Numbered from the stretch's first letter, positions 18,938-29,180 are shown. The stretch: 64,000 bases of DNA from Thermoplasmata archaeon (GCA_027315165.1 DAHUYN010000007.1:10260-74259), one strand, 5' to 3'. Made by a program: numbers and translations. Notes: generated from the sequence alone by a model not told the origin.

Positions 18938-20341
18938 GTGCCGGCGCCAAGGGAGAGGACCCCCGAGTCGATCCTGGACCTGATCGGCAACACGCCCGTC
19001 GTCCCCCTGCGTCGCGTCGGTCGCCACCTGCCGTACAAGATCCTCGCCAAGCTCGAGTTCCTCAACCCGGGCGGCTCGGTCAAGGACCGGATCGGCGTCC
19101 GGATGGTCGCGGAGGCGGAGCGGGACGGCCGGTTGGCGCCGGGGGCCACGATCGTCGAGGCGACGAGCGGCAACACGGGGGTCGGCCTCGCCCTCGTCGC
19201 GGCGGTCCGGGGCTACCGGATGGTCTTCGTCCTCCCCGACAAGATGAGCACCGAGAAGATCCGGCTCCTCCGGGCCTTCGGGGCACGGGTCGTCGTGACG
19301 CCGAGCCAGCTCCCCCCGGATCACCCGATGAGCCACTACTCGGTCGCGCGCCGGCTCGCCAAGGAGATCCCTGGCGCCTACTACCCCAACCAGTACGAGA
19401 ACCCCGGCAACCCCGATGCGCACTACGAGACGACCGGGCCCGAGATCGACCGACAGGGCGGTCCCGAGCTCGGCGCGGTCATCGCGACGATCGGTACCGG
19501 CGGGACCGTGAGCGGCATCGGCCGCTACTTCAAGGAGCACCGGCCCTCGGTGCGCGTCGTCGCCGTCGACCCGAAGGGCTCCGTCCTCGGCCCGTACTTC
19601 CGCACGAAGAAGCTCGGCCCCGCGACGCCGTACCTCGTCGAGGGGATCGGAGAGGACATGATCCCGAGGACCGTCCACTTCCAGTACCTCGACGAGTTCG
19701 TCGAGGTCGACGACCGGGAGTCGTTCCAGATGGCGCGCCGGCTCGCGCGCGAGGAGGGGCTCTTCGTCGGCGGCTCCTCCGGCTCCGCGGTCGCCGGGGC
19801 CCTGCGGTGGCTCGCGACCCGCCCGCTCCCCGAAGGAGCCACGGTCGTCGTGATCCTGCCCGACTCGGGGGACCGGTACCTCTCCAAGTTCTACTCCGAC
19901 GACTGGCTCCGCGAGAAGGGCCACCTCGACGCGGACGCGACCGCCGGCGACCTCCTCGAGGCCAAGGAGTTCCACCCGCCCCTCGTCTTCGTCGAGCGGA
20001 CCACCGTCGTGCGCGAGGCGCTCGCGCTCCTGCGCCAGCACGGGATCTCGCAGCTACCGGTGCTCGCCGGCCACGACAACGTCGGCTCCGTCTACGAGGA
20101 CGAGATCCTCCGCGCCATCCTCGAGGACCACACCGTCCTCGAGCGGACCGTCACGACCGTCCTCGGACCCCGCTTCGGAGAGGTCACGCGCGACGCGCCG
20201 ATGGGCGAGCTCGTCCGACGGCTCCGCGAGGAGCGCGCCGTCCTCGTGCGCGACCCCGGGTCGGGGGCGCTCGTCGGCCTCCTCACCCGGCACGACCTTC
20301 TCTCCTACCTCTCCCACAAGGGATCCGACCATGCGCTTTGA
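18938..20341 (+). CDS. cbs: Cystathionine beta-synthase with C-terminal CBS (Bateman) domains
   Basis: IGNTP, KLEFLNPGGSVKDR, ATSGNTG, GTGGT, YLVEGIGED and PDSGDRYLSK; CBS pair GISQLPV...GLLTRHDLL. GTG start about 25 nt after GTATAT. Confidence 0.92.
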   Translation: MPAPRERTPESILDLIGNTPVVPLRRVGRHLPYKILAKLEFLNPGGSVKDRIGVRMVAEAERDGRLAPGATIVEATSGNTGVGLALVAAVRGYRMVFVLPDKMSTEKIRLLRAFGARVVVTPSQLPPDHPMSHYSVARRLAKEIPGAYYPNQYENPGNPDAHYETTGPEIDRQGGPELGAVIATIGTGGTVSGIGRYFKEHRPSVRVVAVDPKGSVLGPYFRTKKLGPATPYLVEGIGEDMIPRTVHFQYLDEFVEVDDRESFQMARRLAREEGLFVGGSSGSAVAGALRWLATRPLPEGATVVVILPDSGDRYLSKFYSDDWLREKGHLDADATAGDLLEAKEFHPPLVFVERTTVVREALALLRQHGISQLPVLAGHDNVGSVYEDEILRAILEDHTVLERTVTTVLGPRFGEVTRDAPMGELVRRLREERAVLVRDPGSGALVGLLTRHDLLSYLSHKGSDHAL

Positions 20342-21476
20342 CACGAAGCTGATCCACGCGGCCCAACCGCCCGACCCCCTCACGGGGGCGGTGAACGCGC
20401 CAATCTACCTCTCGAGCACGTTCGCGCAGTCCGCGCCGAACGTGAGCAAGGGCTACGTCTACGGCCGGTCGGGGAATCCGACGCGCACCGTCCTCGAGTC
20501 GGCGCTCGCGGCGGTCGAGTCCGGCACCCGCGGCCTCGCCTTCTCCTCGGGTCTCGGGGCGCTCACGACCCTCCTCGAGCAGTTCCCGACGGGCTCGCGC
20601 CTCGTCGCGGGGGACGACCTCTACGGCGGCACCTACCGGCTCTTCGAGCACCACCGACGGCAGTTCGGCCTCGTCGTCGACTACGTCGACACGACCCAAG
20701 CCTCGATTGTGCGCGACGCGCTCGACGCGGCGAAGACGGACCTCCTGTATCTGGAGTCGCCGACGAACCCGCTCCTGCGGCTCACCGACCTCAAGAGCGC
20801 CGCCCGGCTCGCGCACGCGCGCGGAGCGCTCGTCGCCGTCGACAACACGTTCGCCTCGCCGGCCCTGCAGCGGCCGATCGAGCTCGGCGCCGACCTCGTG
20901 CTCCACTCGACGACGAAGTACCTCGGCGGCCACTCGGACATCATCGGCGGCGCGCTCGTCGTCGCGGACGCGAAGCTCGGCGAGCGGTTCGCCTGGCTGC
21001 AGAACGCCGTCGGGGCGGTGCCGAGCCCGGTCGACTGCTTCCTGGTCCTCCGCGGGCTCCACACCCTCGGGATCCGGATGCGCGCCCACAGCGCGAGCGC
21101 GAAGGCCGTCGCGGAGGTCCTCGAGGGCCACCCCAAGGTCGCGCGCGTCCACTACCCCGGGCTCGCGAGCCACCCGCAGCACCGTCTCGCGCGACGCCAG
21201 ATGGACGGCTTCGGAGGGATGGTCAGCGTCGAGCTCGCGGGCGGGTTCGGCGCGGCGCGGCGGTTCCTCAAGCGGCTCGCGGTCTTCACGCTCGCCGAGA
21301 GCCTCGGCGGCGTCGAGTCGCTCGTCGACCACCCGGCGTCGATGACCCACGCGTCGGTCCCGAAGGCCGAGCGGGAGGCCCACGGGGTCACCGACGGCCT
21401 CCTCCGGCTCTCCTGCGGCATCGAGGACCCGGCCGACCTCGCGGACGACGTGCGGAACGCGCTCAGAGGAGCGTAG
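20331..21476 (+). CDS. Cystathionine gamma-lyase/synthase (PLP, Cys/Met metabolism)
   Basis: YGRSGNPTR, LESPTNP, VDNTFASP, HSTTKYLGGHSD and LAESLGGVESL; overlaps the cbs stop. Confidence 0.93.
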   Translation: MRFDTKLIHAAQPPDPLTGAVNAPIYLSSTFAQSAPNVSKGYVYGRSGNPTRTVLESALAAVESGTRGLAFSSGLGALTTLLEQFPTGSRLVAGDDLYGGTYRLFEHHRRQFGLVVDYVDTTQASIVRDALDAAKTDLLYLESPTNPLLRLTDLKSAARLAHARGALVAVDNTFASPALQRPIELGADLVLHSTTKYLGGHSDIIGGALVVADAKLGERFAWLQNAVGAVPSPVDCFLVLRGLHTLGIRMRAHSASAKAVAEVLEGHPKVARVHYPGLASHPQHRLARRQMDGFGGMVSVELAGGFGAARRFLKRLAVFTLAESLGGVESLVDHPASMTHASVPKAEREAHGVTDGLLRLSCGIEDPADLADDVRNALRGA

Positions 21477-21478
21477 CC

Positions 21479-22924
21479 GTGCGGCGGTTCCGCCTCTACG
21501 ACACGCGGACGCGACAGACGCGGCCGTTCGTGCCGCTCACGCCGCCCCGGGTCGGGCTGTTCTTCTGCGGGCTCACCCCGTACGCCGACGCGCACATCGG
21601 CCACGCGAAGGGGGCCGTCACGTTCGACGTCCTGGTCCGCGCGCTCCGGCGCTGGGGGTACCGGCCGTTCTACCTCCAGAACGTGACGAACCTCGACGAC
21701 CGGCTGATCGCCCGAGGCGCCGAGGAGGGCGTCGACCCGATGACGCTCGCCGACCGCCACTTCCGCCGCTGGCTCGAGGCGATGGAAGAGCTCCGCGTGA
21801 CGACGGTGAACTACTACCCGCACGCGACGGACTACCTGCCCGAGATCCTCGCGCAGGTCGGCGCGCTCGTCGACAAGGGCTTTGCCTACGTCTCCGACGG
21901 GAGCGTCTACTACTCCGTCGCGAAGTTCCCCCACTACGGAGAGCTCTCGGGCCAGCGGTCGGAGGCGCTGCGCCCCGGCGCGCGCCTCGAGGTCGACCCG
22001 AGCAAGCGCTCGCCGGAGGACTTCGTCCTGTGGAAGGCGGCCACGCCGGGAGAGCCGACGTGGGAGAGCCCGTGGGGCCCGGGCCGCCCGGGCTGGCACA
22101 TCGAGGACACGGCGATCACCGCGCGCCTGCTCGGGAACCGCTACGACATCCACGGCGGAGGCCTCGACTTGGCCTTCCCCCACCACGAGGCGGAGATCGC
22201 GCAGGCCGAGGCGGCGACCGGCGAGGCGCCGCTCGTGAACTTCTGGATGCACGTCGGCCTCCTCACGCTCAAGGGCGAGAAGATGTCCAAGTCCCTCGGC
22301 AACGTCGTCTCGCTCGACGAGAACCTCGAGACGTTCGGCGGAGAGGTCGTCCGGTTCTACTACCTCAACGTCCACTACCGCGGCCCCCTCGACTACGTGC
22401 CGGGGAAGAGCCTCGAGGAGGCTCGAGAGGCCTACGAAACGCTCTCGGCCCCGAGCGCGGCGCTCGACGCCGCCCTCGGCGCTGCGCCCCCCGACGGGGG
22501 CGAGGAGCTGCCCGAGGCCCTCGCGCTCGAGGCGGCCGCGAAGGTCGAGCGGCTCGACGAGCTCCTCGCCGACGACTTCCGCACGCGCGAGGCGATCGCC
22601 GAGCTGTTCACCTGGGGGCGCACCGTCTCGAGCTCGCTCGAGCGGGCCGAGCCCCTCTCGGCCGCCGCGCTCGCCCAGCTCGCCCTCCCCTACGACTGGG
22701 GCCGCGAGGTCCTCGGCCTGTTCGAGCCCCTGCGCGAGGGCCCGGGCGCCGACGCCCTGCGCGGCGCCGTCGCGGCGGCGATCTCGGCCCGGGCCCGCGC
22801 CAGGGCGCGGGGCGACTACGGAGAGGCGGACCGGATCCGCTCCGAGCTGGCCGCCGCCGGGCTCGTCCTCGAGGACCGAGCCGGTCGGACCTCCTGGCGG
22901 GCCGCGCGGGTGGGCCCGCGATGA
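21479..22924 (+). CDS. cysS: Cysteinyl-tRNA synthetase (class I)
   Basis: CGLTPY..AHIGH, DFVLWK, GRPGWHIED, DIHGGGLDLAFPHHEAE, KMSKSLGN and anticodon domain ADRIRSEL. Confidence 0.95.
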   Translation: MRRFRLYDTRTRQTRPFVPLTPPRVGLFFCGLTPYADAHIGHAKGAVTFDVLVRALRRWGYRPFYLQNVTNLDDRLIARGAEEGVDPMTLADRHFRRWLEAMEELRVTTVNYYPHATDYLPEILAQVGALVDKGFAYVSDGSVYYSVAKFPHYGELSGQRSEALRPGARLEVDPSKRSPEDFVLWKAATPGEPTWESPWGPGRPGWHIEDTAITARLLGNRYDIHGGGLDLAFPHHEAEIAQAEAATGEAPLVNFWMHVGLLTLKGEKMSKSLGNVVSLDENLETFGGEVVRFYYLNVHYRGPLDYVPGKSLEEAREAYETLSAPSAALDAALGAAPPDGGEELPEALALEAAAKVERLDELLADDFRTREAIAELFTWGRTVSSSLERAEPLSAAALAQLALPYDWGREVLGLFEPLREGPGADALRGAVAAAISARARARARGDYGEADRIRSELAAAGLVLEDRAGRTSWRAARVGPR

Positions 22925-23961
22925 GGGGCTTCGGGTTCACCGAGCACGGAGGGCTCGAGCGACTCGGGTTCGTCGACGTCCCCGAGCCGGTGCCGGGTCC
23001 CGGAGAGGTCCGGGTCGCGCTCCGCGCCGCCGCGTTCAACCGGCTCGACCGGTTCGTCCTCGCCGGCATTCCGGGCGTACCCGTCGAGAGGCCGCACGTC
23101 CTCGGCTCGGATGGCGCCGGTGTCGTCGACCGGGTCGGCCCCGGGGTCACCGAGGTCGCCGAGGGTACGCCCGTGCTCCTCAACCCGGGGATGTGGGACG
23201 GTACCTGCGACGCCTGTGCCCGACACGACGAGGCGCTCTGTCGCAACTACCGGATCGTCGGCGAGCACACCCAGGGGACCGCCGCCCCCTCCGTGGTCGT
23301 CCCGGCCCGCAACGTTCACCCAAAGCCGGCCCGGCTCGGCTTCGTCGAGGCGGCCGCGGCCCCGCTCGTGTACGAGACCGCCTGGCGCGCCCTCGTCACG
23401 GTCGCCGCCGTCCGGCCGGGCGAGACCGTCGCCGTGATCGGCGCGGGCGGCGGGACGACGATCGCGGCGCTCCAGGTGGCGCGCGCGAGGGGCGCCCGGG
23501 TCGTCGTCGTCACGCGCTCCGCCCCAAAGGCCGAGAGGGCCCTCGCGCTCGGCGCCGAGGCGGCGCTCGTCACCGACGACGACCACCCCCACGACCGGCT
23601 CCTGTGGGAGTGGAGCGGACGCAAGGGCGTCGAGGTCGTGTTCGACTCCGTCGGTCGGAGCACGCTCCCGCGCTCGGTCAAGGCGCTCGCCCGCGGGGGC
23701 CGTGTGGTCGTGATCGGCGCGACGAGCGGCCCGATTGCGGAGATCGACCTCCGCACGCTGTTCTGGCGACAGGCCTCGATCCGGGGGAGCACGATGGCCT
23801 CGAAGGCCGAGTTCCTCGAGGTCCTCGGCGAGCTCGCGCGCGGCTCCCTCGTCCCCGTCGTCGACTCCGTCCACGACCTCGACAACGCCGTCGCGGCGTT
23901 CGAGCGCTTCGAATCGGCCGACCGGTTCGGGAAGGTCGTCCTGCAGATCCCGGCGCTCTAG
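22921..23961 (+). CDS. MDR family oxidoreductase (quinone/enoyl reductase or alcohol dehydrogenase-like)
   Basis: NRLD, HVLGSDGAGVV, structural Zn loop DGTCDAC...LC, GAGGG and FGKVVL. Confidence 0.88.
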   Translation: MRGFGFTEHGGLERLGFVDVPEPVPGPGEVRVALRAAAFNRLDRFVLAGIPGVPVERPHVLGSDGAGVVDRVGPGVTEVAEGTPVLLNPGMWDGTCDACARHDEALCRNYRIVGEHTQGTAAPSVVVPARNVHPKPARLGFVEAAAAPLVYETAWRALVTVAAVRPGETVAVIGAGGGTTIAALQVARARGARVVVVTRSAPKAERALALGAEAALVTDDDHPHDRLLWEWSGRKGVEVVFDSVGRSTLPRSVKALARGGRVVVIGATSGPIAEIDLRTLFWRQASIRGSTMASKAEFLEVLGELARGSLVPVVDSVHDLDNAVAAFERFESADRFGKVVLQIPAL

Positions 23962-24084
23962 CGAGGCGTCGCGGGGCCGCGGACCCGCCCGCCCTCGGCC
24001 TCGGGGGCGACGGTCCGGGGGCCGGGCGGCCGCGAACCCACTGCCCGATGGTTTTTATACCGGGAGTCCGCCTTAATTGCGAGC

Positions 24085-27000
24085 GTGGACCGTTTTCGGC
24101 GTACCCTCCCCACTCGCGGAGGGACGCGGCCCTCCTCTGGTCGAACGCTGCTGCCGCTGCTCCTCGGGCTGCTCGTGCTCGCCTCGCTCGGGCTCTCGTT
24201 CGCGGCGGTCCCGATGGCGCGCGCGGGGGCGGTGCCCTCCCCTCCGCTCGCCGCATCGGTCGCTCCCGCGGCGACCCTGCACGGGGACCTCATCGTCTCC
24301 GCGGCGAACTCGCCGTTCGTGATCTCCCCCGCCACGACCGGCAGCGCCCTCTACGCGCAGCAGGGGAACGTCACCGTCCTCGCGGGCGGCACCCTCATCG
24401 TCCGCGGTGAGACCCTCGACTTCGTCCAGTTCGTCGCCGACACGGGGACCCTCGCGAACCGGGTCGCCCACCTCTACCACTTCTCCGTCCAGGGGACGGT
24501 CTCGCTCGACAACTCGACGGTGACGACCGACACGGGCGTCATCAACGCCTACACGAAGCTCCTGTTCAACGTGAGCGCGGGCGGCAACGTCACGCTCGCC
24601 TCGAGCACCCTCGCCTTCCCCGGCTGGCTCGAGGTCAGTGGCGCCGGGGCCTCGATGACGCTCGAGAACAGCGCCATCACGCCGAACGCGGCGATCTCGC
24701 AGCTCAACGAGAACGTCTCGATCCTCGGCGACACCGTCTACGGCCCGTCGATCTCGGTCTCCGCGGGCGCGGCGCTGAACCTGTTCAACAGCACGGTCAG
24801 CGCGACGTACAAGGACAACCTCCTCTCCAGTGGCGTCCCCGGTCCGCTGCCCGTCACCGACGCGGGCCACTTCGCGCTCAACGTCTCGGGCGGCCAGACG
24901 CTCTCGAGCTGGCCGACCCCGACGGACTCCGAGAACGTGTCTCGCGCAATGCTCTACCCGACGTTCGCCGGCGGCACGATCTCGCTCACCTACTCGTCGA
25001 CCTCGGCAAGCGTCTCGACGGGCAGCACCTTCGGGTTCGCCGGGAACACCTACGCGCTCCCGACGATCGCCTTCGCCCCCGGAGGCGGCCTCGTCAACCT
25101 CTCGCTCCCCGCGAACGCCGTCACGGCGCTCAACGCGGCGGGGCCCCTCGGCTGGCTCGAGGCGACCGGCTCCTTCGACCAGGCCGGAACGATCCAGCTC
25201 GCGCTCGCGACGACGGGCCTCGCGTCGACGGTCGTCGTCGACTCGGCCACCGTCGCGCTCACGCCGGTGCTCTCCTACAACGTCACCGCGAGCGGCGCGG
25301 GCACGACGATCACCGCCGCCGACAGCAGCCTCGACCTCAACTGGAACCTCACGCCGGGCACCCCGGTCGCCTCGGGGATGCCGCCGACGCCCTGGTCGTC
25401 GAACAAGCTCCTGCTCAGCGGCGGCGCCGCCGCCTTCCTCGCGAGCGTCACGATCCCCGCGGGGCGCAGCTCCGTCTTCTTCGCGACCTCCGCGGTCCTC
25501 CCCGATGCCTCGAGCTCCGCCTACTTCTACCGGTGGGCCGCGATCCCCGTCACCTCGAACTCCGGGGTCGCGATCCCGGACGCGCAGGCGACCGCCTTCT
25601 ACTCCTACGACGCCTCCCAGAGCAGCAACGCGACGGCCACGGCCCTCAACAACCTCGCCTCGGCCGACCCCGCCCTCGCGACCTACGTCCAGCTCTGGGA
25701 CACCGTCCACGGGATCCCCGGCTACGGCCAGAGCGGGCCCAACGGCGATGCCTACCTCCTCCTCGCCTCGTCGGTCGTTGCCGAGCCGACGCTCCCCGAC
25801 GGGACGTACCTCGGCGGCTACCACGTCGCGCTCACCCTCTCCGGCGGCGGACAGGGCTCGACGCAGTGGGGCTACGTCTCCGTGATGCCGTACCCGATCG
25901 GGATGGCGCCGGCGACCCCGGACGTCCAGGCACCGTTCGTCTACACGAACTACGTCCCCGCGCTCGCCTTCACCTCGACGAGCCTCGTCGTCAACGGCCA
26001 GCCCGAGGCGAACGCGACGGTCGCGATCGGCCAGGTGATCACCTTCTCGAGCACGGTGACGAACGTCGGGACGGGCCCCGTCCAGTCGTTCACCGTGAAC
26101 CTCTCCTACGTCCTCCCGAGCCCGCTCGTCCCCCACCTCGTGGCCCCGACGCAGTCGTTCGGCCCTCTCGCGGTCGGCGCGCAGCAGACCGTTTCGCTCA
26201 GCTGGGTCGTCAACGAGTCGGTCACGGGCGACCACGGCTACTTCCACAACAACTTCGTCCTCACGACCTCCTGGAACGGGGGCGTCGCCCCGAACGGCGG
26301 CGTCGCGACGGACACGGTCTCGGTGCGGATCGCGCCGGCGTTGATCGCCGTCGCGTTCACGCCGCCGACCGGTGCCCTCTCGATGAACGTCGGCTACCCG
26401 GCGAACGGGAGCGTCATCTTCAACGGCTCGGGCGCCGCGGTCGTGAACATCACCGCGGTCGCGAGCGACGGCACGGAGTACCTCCTCACCTCCGCCGCCG
26501 AGACGAGCGGGTCGTTCAACCTCCCGCTCTACGTCCTCTCGAACATGCCGTCGGGGACCTACTCGATCGTCATCAACGCCACCTACAACGACCGCTCGGC
26601 GACGGCGACGATCCCCAACTCGTTCACGGTCGCGGGGGCTCCGGCGCCGGCGACGCCGTTCTGGCAGCAGAAGCTCTTGGGCCTCGAGGTCCTCTACTGG
26701 ATCCTCATCGCCGTCGCGGTCCTCGCGGGGATCCTCGCCTTCCTCTTCCTCGCGCGGCGGACGGCGCGCGGCAAGCTCGTCGAGTGCGGCGAGTGCGGCG
26801 CGCTGATCCCCGAGAACGCGACGCAGTGCCCGCAGTGCGGCGCCGAGTTCGAGCAGGACCTCGTCCGGTGCAGCCGATGCGGCGCGACGATCCCGGCGAA
26901 CTCCGCGGTCTGCCCCGAGTGCGCCGCCCAGCTCCTCGGCTCGCCCGACCAGGAGGCCCGCGACCCCGAGCGGCAGGGCTTCGCCGACGTGGTCGAGCGG

Positions 27001-27462
27001 TTCCGGCTCGAGGCCAAGAAGGAGCTCGGGGACAACTACAGCGAGGGGGCGTTCTGGGACTGGTGGAAGCGCCAGCCGACCTACCTCTCGTTCAGCCAGT
27101 ACCGGCTCCAGCAGTCGCAGGGGACGCGCGCCGGCATGAGCGCTCCGCAGGAGAGCACGACGACCTCGACGGAGGCCCCCACGGCCCCGACGACGGCCCG
27201 GCCGCCGCGAGGCGGCGGTGGGGCCGCGACCGCCGCCCCGATGCGGGCGCGACCCGCTGCCACCGCCCCGCCCGCGTCGACGACGGCCTCACGGAGCGCC
27301 CCGGCGACCGCGAGAGCGGCTCCGACGCCGGCCCCGGCGCCCGCGGCCCCGGCCCCGGCGGCCGCCTCCGGCGGCCCCGCGATGAAGCCGTGCTCGAACT
27401 GCGGCAAGGAGATCCCGCCGGACTACCTCGTCTGTCCGTTCTGCGGCGCGGTGACGCAGTAG
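24085..27462 (+). CDS. 1125-aa cell-surface protein: large ectodomain with a CARDB-like Ig domain, one TM and cytoplasmic zinc ribbons
   Basis: Signal peptide; many N-x-S/T; CARDB-like GQVITFSSTVTNVG; TM; CGEC/CPQC/CSRC/CPEC and terminal CSNC/CPFC; TTTTTATA at about 24052. Confidence 0.8.
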   Translation: MDRFRRTLPTRGGTRPSSGRTLLPLLLGLLVLASLGLSFAAVPMARAGAVPSPPLAASVAPAATLHGDLIVSAANSPFVISPATTGSALYAQQGNVTVLAGGTLIVRGETLDFVQFVADTGTLANRVAHLYHFSVQGTVSLDNSTVTTDTGVINAYTKLLFNVSAGGNVTLASSTLAFPGWLEVSGAGASMTLENSAITPNAAISQLNENVSILGDTVYGPSISVSAGAALNLFNSTVSATYKDNLLSSGVPGPLPVTDAGHFALNVSGGQTLSSWPTPTDSENVSRAMLYPTFAGGTISLTYSSTSASVSTGSTFGFAGNTYALPTIAFAPGGGLVNLSLPANAVTALNAAGPLGWLEATGSFDQAGTIQLALATTGLASTVVVDSATVALTPVLSYNVTASGAGTTITAADSSLDLNWNLTPGTPVASGMPPTPWSSNKLLLSGGAAAFLASVTIPAGRSSVFFATSAVLPDASSSAYFYRWAAIPVTSNSGVAIPDAQATAFYSYDASQSSNATATALNNLASADPALATYVQLWDTVHGIPGYGQSGPNGDAYLLLASSVVAEPTLPDGTYLGGYHVALTLSGGGQGSTQWGYVSVMPYPIGMAPATPDVQAPFVYTNYVPALAFTSTSLVVNGQPEANATVAIGQVITFSSTVTNVGTGPVQSFTVNLSYVLPSPLVPHLVAPTQSFGPLAVGAQQTVSLSWVVNESVTGDHGYFHNNFVLTTSWNGGVAPNGGVATDTVSVRIAPALIAVAFTPPTGALSMNVGYPANGSVIFNGSGAAVVNITAVASDGTEYLLTSAAETSGSFNLPLYVLSNMPSGTYSIVINATYNDRSATATIPNSFTVAGAPAPATPFWQQKLLGLEVLYWILIAVAVLAGILAFLFLARRTARGKLVECGECGALIPENATQCPQCGAEFEQDLVRCSRCGATIPANSAVCPECAAQLLGSPDQEARDPERQGFADVVERFRLEAKKELGDNYSEGAFWDWWKRQPTYLSFSQYRLQQSQGTRAGMSAPQESTTTSTEAPTAPTTARPPRGGGGAATAAPMRARPAATAPPASTTASRSAPATARAAPTPAPAPAAPAPAAASGGPAMKPCSNCGKEIPPDYLVCPFCGAVTQ

Positions 27463-27538
27463 CGCGACCGCCGGTGCCGAGCGCGCGAGGGCGCTCGGTG
27501 CCCAACCCTTTAATCCCCCGTCGCTCACTTGCGGCGGG

Positions 27539-28774
27539 ATGACGGCGGGAGACCTCGCGCGCGGCCGGCTCAAGATCTCGTGGGCTCAAGATCACATGCG
27601 GATCCTCTCGGGGATCCGCGAGCGCTTCGAGAAGGAGCTCCCCCTCAAGGGGCTCACCGTCTCCTGCGTCCTGCACGTCGAGGCGAAGACCGCCGCCCTC
27701 GCGCTCGCGCTCCGCTCGGCCGGGGCCGAGGTGCACCTCGCGGCCGGCAACCCGCTCTCGACGGATGACGACGTCGTCGCCGCGCTCGTCGACAAGGGCG
27801 TCCACACGCTCGCCCGGAAGGGGGAGTCGACGGAGGAGTACCGGGCCGCGGTCCAGGCGATGCTCGCCGCCGACCCCGACGTGATCATCGACGACGGGGC
27901 CGACCTCGTCGCGCTCGCGACGACGGCGCGCGCGGACCGGGGCAAGATCCGCGGCTCCACCGAGGAGACGACGACGGGCGTGACGAGGCTGCGGGCGCTC
28001 GAGCGCTCGGGCCGCCTCCGCTTCCCGGCGATCGACGTCAACGACGCCGAGATGAAGCATCTCTTCGACAACCGCTACGGCTGCGGCCAGTCGGTCCTCG
28101 ACGGCATCTTCTCGGCGACGAACCTCCTCATCGCGGGCCGCGTGGCCGTCGTCGCCGGCTACGGCTGGTCCGGCAAGGGGATCGCCTCGAGGCTCCGCGG
28201 CCTCGGCGCCGACGTGATCGTGACCGAGGTCGACCCGGTCCGCGCCCTCGAGGCGCGGCTCGAGGGCTTCCGCGTGATGCCGATGCTCGACGCCGCGCGC
28301 GAGGCCGACCTCGTCGTCACGGTGACGGGGAACCGCGACATCGTCCGCCAAGAGCACTATCGCGTCATGAAGGACGGCTGCCTCCTCTCGAACGCCGGCC
28401 ACTTCGATGTCGAGATCTCCAAGCCCGACCTCGAGGGGCTCGCCGTCGCGCGGCGCATCGTGCGCCCCGGCGTCGAGGAGTTCACGTTCGCCGACGGCCG
28501 TCGCGTCCACCTGCTCGGCGAGGGCCGCCTCATCAACCTCGCCGCGGGCCAGGGACATCCCGTCGAGATCATGGACCTCAGCTTCTCGCTCCAGGCCCTC
28601 TGCGCCGAGCACGTCGCGCTCCACGGCTCCGAGCTCGAGCCTCGCGTCTACCCCGTCCCGCCCGAGATCGACCGGCGCGTCGCCTTCGCCGCGCTCGAGC
28701 CGCTCGGCGCGGCCCTCGAGACCGTGACCGAGGCGCAGCGTAAATACGCCGAGAGCTGGGAGGAGGGAACGTGA
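27539..28774 (+). CDS. ahcY: Adenosylhomocysteinase
   Basis: LHVEAKTA, NPLSTDD, IDDGADL, EETTTG, KHLFDNRYGCGQS, GYGWSGKG, NAGHFD and GHPVEIMDLSF. Confidence 0.96.
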   Translation: MTAGDLARGRLKISWAQDHMRILSGIRERFEKELPLKGLTVSCVLHVEAKTAALALALRSAGAEVHLAAGNPLSTDDDVVAALVDKGVHTLARKGESTEEYRAAVQAMLAADPDVIIDDGADLVALATTARADRGKIRGSTEETTTGVTRLRALERSGRLRFPAIDVNDAEMKHLFDNRYGCGQSVLDGIFSATNLLIAGRVAVVAGYGWSGKGIASRLRGLGADVIVTEVDPVRALEARLEGFRVMPMLDAAREADLVVTVTGNRDIVRQEHYRVMKDGCLLSNAGHFDVEISKPDLEGLAVARRIVRPGVEEFTFADGRRVHLLGEGRLINLAAGQGHPVEIMDLSFSLQALCAEHVALHGSELEPRVYPVPPEIDRRVAFAALEPLGAALETVTEAQRKYAESWEEGT

Positions 28775-29169
28775 GCGACGTCAAGCTGCCCGAGGAGCTG
28801 CGCTACACCAAGAGCCACGAGTGGGTGCGCCTCGAGGGCGACCTCGTCGTCATCGGGATCACCGACCACGCGCAGCAGGAGCTCACCGACATCGTCTTCG
28901 TCGACCTCCCCAAGGTCGGCGCGAACGTCGCCGAGGGGAAGCCCGCCCTCGTCCTCGAGTCGGTCAAGACCGTCGCCGACGTCTACGCGCCCGTCGCCGG
29001 GACCGTCGCCGAGGTGAACGGGGAGCTCGCCAAGCACCCCGAGCTCATCAACCAGGACCCGTACGGCCGCGGCTGGATCTACCGGCTCCGCCCGTCCGGC
29101 CCCGTCGCGCTCGACCGGTTCCTCGACGCCGCCGGCTACCGGACCCACGTCCTCGGCGCGGCCCACTAG
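28771..29169 (+). CDS. gcvH: Glycine cleavage system H protein
   Basis: YTKSHEWV, IGITDHAQQELTDIVFV, lipoyl site LESVKTVADVYAP and NQDPYGRGW. Confidence 0.95.
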   Translation: MSDVKLPEELRYTKSHEWVRLEGDLVVIGITDHAQQELTDIVFVDLPKVGANVAEGKPALVLESVKTVADVYAPVAGTVAEVNGELAKHPELINQDPYGRGWIYRLRPSGPVALDRFLDAAGYRTHVLGAAH

Positions 29170-29180
29170 CGCGATCGGCG

